DNA of 63,683 bases, counting the filler, from Platydemus manokwari (taxonomy: Eukaryota): assembly GCA_037951405.1 (NCBI GenBank). It is 6 parts of 6 records of this genome, joined end to end, with 100 filler letters (N's around TTAATTAATTAA, not from the genome) between each part and the next. Parts side by side here need not be neighbours in the genome. Positions count along the whole stretch, not along the records: positions 53,743 to 63,683 come from JBBMOY011186544.1; 5 more parts are not named here. One strand, given 5' to 3'. Of the stretch, positions 53,820-63,683 are shown piece by piece; the stretch's first letter is position 1; each line of letters starts with the position of its first letter. Both the position numbers and the translations under genes were made by a program. The notes under the pieces are model-generated. The model searched no databases. It saw only the letters and a program-made list of their open reading frames with translations, and was not told the origin of the DNA.

Positions 53820-56800
53820 TATCACATATTTACCAAAAAAGTGAAAAGAAGAACTTTAGCATAAAATCTTTCAAGTTAAGCCTTCATTATCCTCACTAAA
53901 TAAAGCATGAACTTTCAGAATAAACAATGAGAATAATAGATATTTCTACTGCATTTTATTATTCATATCGATAATATTTTTCATCCGACTCAGAGAGAGA
54001 TTGATAGTTTTGTTTCTTCATAAGAAGTAATTTACAAATCTAACAAATCGAAAAATACATTTTCAAGCACCGAACGGGATTCAACTAATCTAAAGATAAT
54101 AATAGCTAGGAATATAACTTAACAAATAAACGTTCTCCTCATTAATGACCAGCGATATTGAAATTACTGAATGATGGATGATGACCGTTCAGATGCAGAA
54201 AAAATTGAGTTAATGTGCTTCCACAGGAAAGGTTTTGATATTCAATAAAGATCAATAAAAGCAAGACCATATTAGGAGCATATCATGAGTTTAAACTGAT
54301 TTGTTTGTCCTGGAAGTGATTCTCGCCAACAATAATTGCTCACTAATGATAATTGGTGAGATCAAATGACCACCGAAGAATTTTCAAAAAGAACTATTGT
54401 TTTCACACACATACACACACCACAGTATCAACTCAGCTTATTATTATTTCACTTCTCATAATAATCTTTATTCAAAGCAAAAATAATTTGAAAAATCGGC
54501 TTATCAAATCGATGTTTATATCAGCATAACGAGTGGTAATACATGCTCAAAAATATGATAATCGAGATGATAAAAATTCTTGACATTGCCGTCACTAATT
54601 TATTATCGAAACCCACAAAACATTTTTTACAATTATTGTTTTGAAATTATTAAGTTCATACAGCGAACTCAACCGGTCTTTTAAATTTTATTCCGTTTCT
54701 CGATTATGTTCACATTGATGAGTCGGATCTCTGTTAAAAATTAGGCATGAGTAGTCGACAAGCTCTAAATATTAATCAGTCGAAATTAGAACAAAATCCA
54801 TAAACGAATTTGATTCGGCTTATTTAACTTATTACCTTACCATGGGTGATAAAAACTAATATTTATTTAACATAAATAAAGCCTGCGCGACAAGGTGAGA
54901 AAATCCATCAGATCGACTTAAAACAATTTTTATGTTTTTTATAGTTTCATCTTCCTAATTATAACTTCCCCATGTTTTGACCCATCGTCATCGGGAGCAG
55001 TACAAATTTGAAGGCTTACTTCACCGAGTAAATCCCTTTATGCAAATCGAAATAATTACTTCTTTAATAATCTTCAGTACTCGTTCTGGTTTTAAATTTT
55101 TGAAACTGCTTTGCTTAAGTATTGCCATTGATTTTTCGAAACAGACTAACTACATCTACTCTGCACATTTGTCTCAAAAATGGATAAAAACGATTCATAT
55201 TAACTAACGATGTTTATTTCTGTTTATCATCTTCATTTTCCTCATGTCACAAACCTCAAAAACCACTTAGCTATCTTCCATTATCAGAGAATTATCATAG
55301 ATTAGTAAGTTTTTGATGTGTGAAATATCATTTTATTATTCACCGTTTTTAGTCGACGAGTGGCTTATTTGTGGACTTTATTCCATCGAATTATTTCTCA
55401 TTCATTTCATTTTTAAACTGGACTTCCATGAGATCAGATAAGTCGATCTTTTATTAAAATTTTTCAATAATTTTTCGTAGATCATTAACTACAATGATTT
55501 TTGAGCTAATGTTGTTGTTCACAAGAAAGACATCAATTCATTACGACATCCGGAGAATTTATGTTCTTTAAATTCCATCGATTCCAAAATAATTGTAGTA
55601 TCTGGCGATAAGCAGTGAATTTATTCATCCAGATCGACTTAATGAGATGAACCAATACTATTTTCGCACTAGTTGGATAGAGGATTGAATTTCGATGGTT
55701 GAAAGAAGCATTACTTTTATCTATTGCAGTAAAAAAGACGAACTATTAGCACATATTGTGTTTGAGATCTGGTTTAAGTATTTAATTGTAATAGTAAGTT
55801 GGATTCTAAACCTGATAGTCACAAATATATTCACAGAGCAATTCGTGGAAATATAAGTAGTTCATTAACGTAGGATTGTTCGATTAAAGTGAATGATAAA
55901 AGTAAAGAGCACTGTTGCTTTTGTCATAATCATACTTGCTGAATTAAACATTATAATGAAGTCATCTTAAAATTTAATTATCCCGTCTTCGCTATTTCAT
56001 ACAAAGCTCTTTTATTTCATGATTATGACAACGATGTTTGAAATGCTTCTGGGCGAAAATTAAATCTTTTCTGAATTTTTAGATAAGCAAAACAATCAAA
56101 GATTTATTGTGGCATAAATAAAATTGTAAAAAAAAACATAATATCACAGCACGAAATGACGTGAACCAGAGGTTCTTGATTGATTTCAAATCAGTGACCT
56201 CCCGTGCTTATGACGTAACACAAATTTACGTATTCCTCATGACAAATTCAATTGTATCATTAAAAAAAATGTCTGTTAGTAAAATATATATCATGATATA
56301 TCATGATCAGAGCTCACATTTCCAATAGCATCATTGAGAATGAAAACAGTGTAATGTGGTGTGGATATATTGTTTATTACAGCTGAAATCTCAACTCTAA
56401 AGAAACATATAAAAGGTGCTAAAACTCATTCAATGAAGAATTTATCTCAGAAATTTATTGAAATAATTCAGTTATATTATTATTATTATTAGCCAATCAT
56501 TTAATGGCTATGGTTTTTTCATTCGATAAAACTTTTCAATAATTGTTACCATGGTTTGAATCCCGATAATTACAATAGATAGTTCTGAGAATCGTAAATT
56601 AGATACAGTTTTTTCTATAAGATAAGCAATTACAAGTTCTGGGTGAATGGTTATTTCATGGATCTTGAATAAATCTATAAAATAAAAACCCAATAACAGT
56701 GATTTCACGTCAATTTCACTGATGTAATATCGATTGGTTTGAATGTATTCGACTAAAATTTATTCCTTGGCCCATGCTCTTTAAGCACCAGAAACCAACA

Positions 56801-57691
56801 TCATGTCGTGTATGATATTATTGGGCATGGAGCCCAACCTATCAGGGAATTGCTTCAAATCAATTATTCCCAACTGTAATCACGGCGAATAGCAATGAGA
56901 ATTTATTTAAACATTATTTGCTCTCTACTTTTCAAAATTTTTGCCATAAACATCAATTGATATTCCCAACAAAAAAATTGTCCATCATTCAAATCAATAT
57001 GTTATTTCTTTTCATTCACTGAGGAATACAATTCGATAAACTTCATAAAATCAAATTTTAATGTCAAGGAAATCGAATAGTGACTTATTTAGACGCTCAT
57101 TGCATCATAAATAAATCCTACATTCGCACACACACACGCTCACGCACAATCACTCGACTGACATCATTGCAGACATCGAATATCTATTGTTGTTGTAAAA
57201 ATGACTCATATCGAAACAATCGATCATCTGGTCAATTGACCGAATGATTTGAAATGCGTTGTTTGAGATGAAATTTTTCGAACAAAACTAATTCGATATC
57301 GAATCGATGAAAAACAAATTATTATGGATTTAATAAATATTTACAATTTCTGTTGATGAGAAAGTAGATGAAACACTATTCAACACAGTTCGAAATGTAT
57401 TTTCTACAACAATTAAAATATTTTCACTGGTACATCTTGGAGTGATAAAAGAAAACCGATTGAAAAGAGAGAAATATATATATTACAATGACAAAAATCT
57501 GGTTATTTCATTGACAACGTCGGGGAAATATTACGACAATGTCTATTCGGCAGCATTTTCTGACAATTCTCGGGGAGATCATAGACTGAGAGAGAATGAA
57601 TATCGAAGTAGTTATTTCCATATAAAACACTACTAAGCTACATATTACTATTATTACAGGTCGGCCATTGTTTTGTTAGGTAGCTAGAAAT

Positions 57692-60600
57692 CTATTTAAA
57701 ATCGACATTATTGAGTAGACATTCTGAAGAGTACCAAGTTGGATAGGAGTTAGTATTGTATGAATTTAGATAATACTGGTATCCGGATTGCGCTGTTAGA
57801 TGATTCATTGACTGACCCATACCCAAATAGCTGGAATCAATGAACCCGCCTGTACCCAGCGGTAGCTGAGAGCTGTTCATATTACTGTTATAGTAACTCA
57901 GTTGATGATGGTTTCCTAACTGCGTGGGATATGGATCGATTCCGCTGTGGTAATGAGATACTAGGCCGGTATCCAGTGAGTACTTATTGTTTGGAGATCC
58001 GCTTGATGAAATCGATGTCACAGTTTGTTGCTGTTTCAATATTGGGCTCGAGGCTTCGGACGTTTCAGTGGGAATGTCGGAACTGTCACCTCTCGTATTG
58101 TTGGGATCATTATTTAATAATAATTCTGTTTTTGGTTTGATACAATTCTAATTGATTCCATAAATACTTTTGATTAGAAAACAAAACATCTACTTCATCA
58201 TCGATTTGGTCTTCAGTCATTTCATCCATGCTGTCATTGAACTCACCGTTCATGAGTATACTGGGATCTTGACCTTGCTTGATCAATTTTTTGTACTTTG
58301 ACCGACGATTTTGAAACCATATTTTTACCTGAGAACAAAAAAAACATCAAATGGGGAACAAAAATAAATCGATTTTTGATAATCTATGTCCACCACTCAA
58401 GCATAAAACTAATTCAGAAATAACGAATTGATTTTTGTTTTCATGTTTTTTTTTTAATTTATTGAAACGAAGATTTCTGCATGAGACCACCGATGGTTCA
58501 CAGAATGCGATCGACTTTGATGACGAATTGGTGTCAGTTTTCAATGATTTCATTTCAACGATTTGACATGATAATTACATAGAAACAGAGCTTGAATGAT
58601 ACGGAGTACTTTATATCACGACTTTTACTCTGTCAGATCAAAATAGATTCTCAAAAGCTTTTTTTTGCTCATAAGATCCTTTAGCTTTCAATCAACCATG
58701 AGATTGACAGCCTAGCAGCTAGAATGGTCATCGGTGATGATAATCGGATTGAAGAAGAAAACATCGGCAATTAGCCAGTGAAACCGGATGCTGGACGTTG
58801 ATGCAACCGACCAGCACCTGGCAGGCCAATCGATGCACACACACAGAGAGAGAGAGAAATAAACATAAATTCATTGGCAGAGGAACATGATTGATTGTTA
58901 TCGATGCAAGGTAAATATGAGTCGGTTGTCTAAATATACTCAACTTATCAAAATCAATCGACCCATGATCGATAGATACCCATCAATGATGGCATTGATT
59001 ATTACCATTCTCAATACCAATCACCGCGCCAGACCCTGTCATTTTTTTTACTTCGCCTAACATGAAAACAACAAACCGCCAAGTTCAAAATTTCGCTGTA
59101 TTATCAAAACCAAATTATCGGAAAAATACTGGTTCTTCGACCAGTCGATAATACGATTCGATTTCACAACCAATGATAATAAAACAAAAAATCCCAACCT
59201 AATAAAAACAATCTGTTTATAATCAATGACAGAAACCATGACAACGAATTTGGGTTTCATTATCAATGTGAATAAAACAAGTTATAGAGATGATTAAATT
59301 ACCTGGGTTTGTGTCAATCCTAATGAACTAGCAAGTTCAGCTCGTTCCGGTAAACTGAGGTATTGGGTTCTTTGAAATCTCTTGCTCAATTGTTGGAGCT
59401 GTAAACTCGAATAAATCGTCCGTGGTTTGCGAATCTTTTTTCCTTTACCCGACACTCTGATTTGTTCTTCTCGTTGTATATCTAAGGAAAATAATATCAT
59501 TGAATAACAATAATAATAATAATAATAATAATAATATCGTTAATATTATTAATAACCATAGCCATAATTAAAGAGTCAAGCAGTTAATTTAAAGAAAATA
59601 CGAAAAGGCATAGAGCAATCCTCCACTGAAGCTACATAATAAATAAATCGACACAATTCGTTCTACAAAAAAACGAAAATGCGCCAACTTAATTGGGATA
59701 ATCTTCAAACGAAACAGATTTTCTAGCTTTAGTTTTTTGCTCGTTCAATAAATTTCTAGTTGCTCACTTCAAAGAGCAAAGGAGTAATTTTTATAGATAA
59801 TTGCTCGAATATATATGTGTACTGGGATGGATTGCTCAATTTTCTATTTAGCTTTGTTAGCGGGTCGATTTTTTGAGATGTATTTTTGCGTTCGTCTGCT
59901 TTAAAACAAATTGAGGTGGCTAATTTTGATGTGAAGCAATTACTTTCCCAGATCTGCCGAAATAACTATAATCGCTTTACGAATAAAACACAATTTCCCA
60001 TTATTAAAATGACAACAAAAAAAAATCATAAACACAGTGAATGTGACTGGGAAAAAAAATCGCCAAACTCAATGATGGGTGACGGACGACGGAATAAAGT
60101 GTGGAGAAAATTTTTGTTGTTCACTTAACCACGGTACTCTTCTTTTCGATCCTACAACAATACTACCCGGTGAGGTTGACATGATAAATTGCAAAATTCT
60201 GCTGAGAATTCCAGCAGAGTATTAGAAAGATATATTCTTTGACGATCTCGGCGGTCTGCCCAAGCTGACAAATCGGGGAAAAAATCAGAAATCAAAATTG
60301 TTATTTCATTTAAATCTCGGAATTTATAATGAATAATGGGAAACATTTTATTACCTTCTTTCATAGATGGGGGAGTCATTTGGCCTGTAGGAAAAACCAT
60401 ATTGTGCTGATAATTGTACACTGCAGCAGCCATTGTTTGATTTGCCATGTAACTATGGGAATTTGTGGAATAGTTCTGATGCAAATGACCTAACGTTGAG
60501 GTCGACTGTTGGGTTGCGTAAGGAGAATTGAAGTTTCGAGTTAAAATCACGGAGCTATTCGAACCGGAATTCAATTGTTGATTGATATTTCGATAACCGG

Positions 60601-61153
60601 GAGTGGTCATGGGAGGCATTAACTGTTGGCTGTTTGACGTTGATATTCCTAAACCAGAAATTGAATGAAGATCTTTTTTGTGAGATCCGTCGTTATTACC
60701 GAATCCATCTTGCAATATTTCATTGGGAGATGAGGCTGGAATATTATCGCATCCCAATGATGCGTAAGCCAAGGTTGAAGGATTGGTAAATAATGATGAC
60801 TTTGACAGTGATAATCCGGTTTCGTTACAACTTTCTGATTGTGCATAAAGTCTGGTGGGCATGTTGGGATAAAGCATATCATATTGATTAGAGAACCCAT
60901 AAAATGATTGGGCATCTAACTTTGATAAACCGAACGGAGGTAGAAGACCTTGAGGTGGTTTGATATCAGCCTTCGATGGTGAATCTGGTAAGGCGGAACT
61001 GAATATATTATTGTCAATAAATTCATATGATCCAGATGATGTTATGGGATATTGCAAGGAGTGAGATGCTGTTTCTGATCTTGTCGATGCTGTGGGGGGT
61101 TCAAACAGATCATTTGAAGCTGGTAAATTGCAGTGAGACATAGCAGAGATCAT
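57692..61153 (-). CDS. Dlx: Distal-less (Dlx/Dll) homeobox transcription factor, 4 coding exons, ~522 aa
   Basis: Exons (minus) 61153-60355, 59481-59303, 58328-58194, 58147-57692. All junctions are GT-AG with consistent phases (1,0,0); total 1569 nt ending in TAG. Spliced homeodomain [44 protein letters not shown]|[15 protein letters not shown] is diagnostic of Dll/Dlx, with the usual intron before VKIWFQNRR. In-frame TAA lies just upstream of ATG 61153. Ser/Pro/Gln/Tyr-rich termini. Confidence 0.96.
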
Positions 61154-61379
61154 CTTCAATGATTATGCAATTACTACTGGCGTGGAGGTGGTCGAGACTA
61201 CGTTGCAATATGATGATTATGGCTGAAGTCACTGGACACCTGTAATCAGAGGGAAAATTGCTCAAATTAATTCGAGGAACAACTGTTCTGTAATTTAATT
61301 GTTGTCAACACAACGCTGTAAAAATAAGCCCAATTATGACTTGTTGGAAGAAGCAGTTGTCTAATCTCTATAGCAGTCG

Positions 61380-61520
61380 GTGTGTGTTGTCAACAGAGTT
61401 TGATTGGCTAGCGCTGTATCAAGTAGATGTTAACAATTGGTCTCTAATCGATGCCGTTGCGCTGAGTGTTTGTGTGTGCTTTCCGACTGTTGTGTGTATT
61501 GATTGCGCCATCTAATGGAA
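61380..61520 (-). promoter_or_regulatory. Probable Dlx proximal promoter region
   Basis: Locally GC-richer island 230-370 nt upstream of the ATG, with two minus-strand CCAAT boxes (ATTGG at ~61403 and ~61436). TSS not determinable. Confidence 0.35.
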
Positions 61521-63613
61521 TGAAAATCGAATTGAGATTGATTTAGAAATTCTAATAATCAATTTTTTCTATTATCCAATAAATTGGTCATAATATTTTT
61601 CCAATCAATATTAACAAAAAATTATTGATTTTACATAAATAATTAAATTAAATTTACCTAATGATAAAATATAATTTTTTCCTCATGGAAAATTCATTGG
61701 AAAATTACTTTCAATAATTAATTAATAAGTCAATTAAATCAATTTTTCATTGAAAAAAAACGTCGAAAAATCGTTTGTATCGAAGCAATAGAAATAGAGG
61801 AAAATTCCGAATATGAATATTAATCAATAGTATGAACGAAAATAACAAAGAAATCTGTGCAAACTACACAGAAATTTAATGATAATTATTGTCCTACCTC
61901 AATTAGCTCAAGGCGGGCGAGATAATTCGTGGTATAATTGAAGTACAATTACCAACATTGCGGTTTAAACACGCTCCATAATTGGGCCATGATCACAGAG
62001 CAATTTCTAAGCATAACAAATTAACTCACCAAGACTAAGACGACGTCAATGATAATAATCGTCGACATCATCATTAACTGGAATTGCATATAAGCAAGCC
62101 TAAATCATCAGAAGAACATAATTCGACAAACTGGAATTCATTTTTTCCCCATTTTTCCCCAATCGATAGATTGCTTATCGATTACTGTCGATATTGAACA
62201 AATGAATTATCGATTTGTTTTATTGAATTGATTGATTTGGCGGGATTTTTGTTTTTTGGTGATTTTATCGATTTTTCTTTGAATTTCATTTGTGGACGAT
62301 TTGTCAATCCGATTTATTGTTATTGATTATTTTATTGATTTTTCGATATGTTTCATGTTGGATTTTATTGGGAAAAAATCGATCAATGAAGAAGTATGTT
62401 TATAATATTTAATAAACCTATTTGTTCTTAATTTAAACAATAAATTCACCGATTAAGTTGTAATTAATTATTTTTTTTAAAATCGATTAATTTAATCGAT
62501 CGATTTTTTATTTGATATTTATCGATTTTTTGGAAATAAACTGATTTGGTAAATAAATTATTTAAATTGTGATTTGTTTTAATGTTTTCAGATGAAAATC
62601 TTTCAGTGTCATTTCCCCAACACCGACTACAACACCCTTTTACTTTGTTTCATGTCTACAAAAATAGATTTTATTCTCCAGCAATTCTAGGGCAAAATAT
62701 TCTGAGAAACGAAAAACAGAAATGATTCTTTGTGGCATAAAAATCGAATAATAGAGAAATTCCCAGAAAACGACAATTTTCACCCGGGTTGATATTGCAG
62801 GGTTTTTTCCACACGAGAAAAAAAAGATTTCGAAAAAAAAATCGCAAAAAAAACAGTAGGGTATTTTCATACATCAAACAATTCATCGACCGCATGATCT
62901 CAATGTTCAGGAATCAGTTGATGGAAAAACAATTCTCTCTCGTATACATCACTTAATTGCACAGATAATTATATGCTGTAAGATGAGAAATTTCAATTTC
63001 TTTTTCTCCACTTGCAATCAAGATGCCTGGTTTGAAAATAATTTTTTTTATTTTTCGAGAGAGAGATAGCGAGAGAGAGAAATAAATTTTTTATCCAAAA
63101 AAATAACAAAAAACAAAAAATAATACAATGAATTTCGTGAGTTGATTGTCATTTGGAGGATTTATGGTAAACATTGCCCGCAGTCATTGATGATTGATTT
63201 CGTTCCAGATTTTCCAGAGATGAAGAAAGGAAAAATGGAGTTTGAACAGTTTTACATAATAATGGAAACAATTACGACAACATAGCTTGATTGATTTGTG
63301 GGTTTTTTGGTTTGGATTTACAGTGGTGTGATTGTTCGATCGGTGTTAGTTTTATAAATTGGTGTTTTTTTCGATTTGATGGTGAATTGTTGTTGATGAT
63401 AATGGAATGCTTTAATTGGGGCTATTCCGATTTATTGGCAGATTTCAGAGACATGTTTCATATCGATTAATATGAAATACAAAAATAAAGAAAACATAAA
63501 TCAATATTGATATATAAATATCACAAAAATCTTATATGACACGAAAAAGGTTCATTATCGTTGTAAGAATAAGGTACTTTTCTAAATCGATTTAATAATA
63601 ATAATAATTATTA

Positions 63614-63655
<42 letters not shown>

Positions 63656-63683
63656 ATTATTATTATTATTATTATTATTATTA

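Noticed and set aside
54066-54092. tRNA T-arm-like fragment (minus GTTGAATCCCGTTCGGTGC)
   Set aside because: No D-arm, anticodon arm or acceptor stem; too short to call.
60152-60354. C-terminal part of the 335-aa ORF in the track
   Set aside because: Read-through into Dlx intron 1; the donor at 60354 matches the phase of the homeobox exon.

Overview
Very AT-rich animal genomic DNA with spliceosomal GT-AG introns (many only 42-61 nt), (AAT)n microsatellites and five artificial 100-nt scaffold gaps. The composition resembles a planarian-type flatworm genome (inference only). Hand splicing supports five protein-coding loci. (1) A previously unapparent 4-5 exon orphan type-I membrane protein with a faintly cadherin-like ectodomain (-, ~4.7-9.7 kb). 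(2) A GluN3/NR3-like NMDA-receptor subunit with unusual gate, pore and ligand-site residues that breaks off in S2 (+, 17.7-21.3 kb). (3) A tetraspanin whose CCG loop and TM4 exons I cannot find (-, 28.6-29.1 kb). (4) An AADAC/HSL-family esterase with HGGG changed to HASS and apparent frame lesions (+, 36.7-38.2 kb). (5) An intact 4-exon Distal-less (Dlx) homeobox gene (-, 57.7-61.2 kb). The intergenic DNA is mostly decayed transposons: Ty3/gypsy, hAT/Buster, mariner, LINE fragments and a MITE. It also holds a short-LTR family seen as solo LTRs, a ~540-bp TRIM with PBS and PPT, and the 3' end of a longer parent element. I found no prokaryotic-type system, CRISPR array or RNA gene, and I cannot claim a wholly new biological system. 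The best leads are the divergent GluN3-like subunit, the orphan membrane protein and the TRIM family. All exon models were derived by eye and need RNA-seq confirmation.
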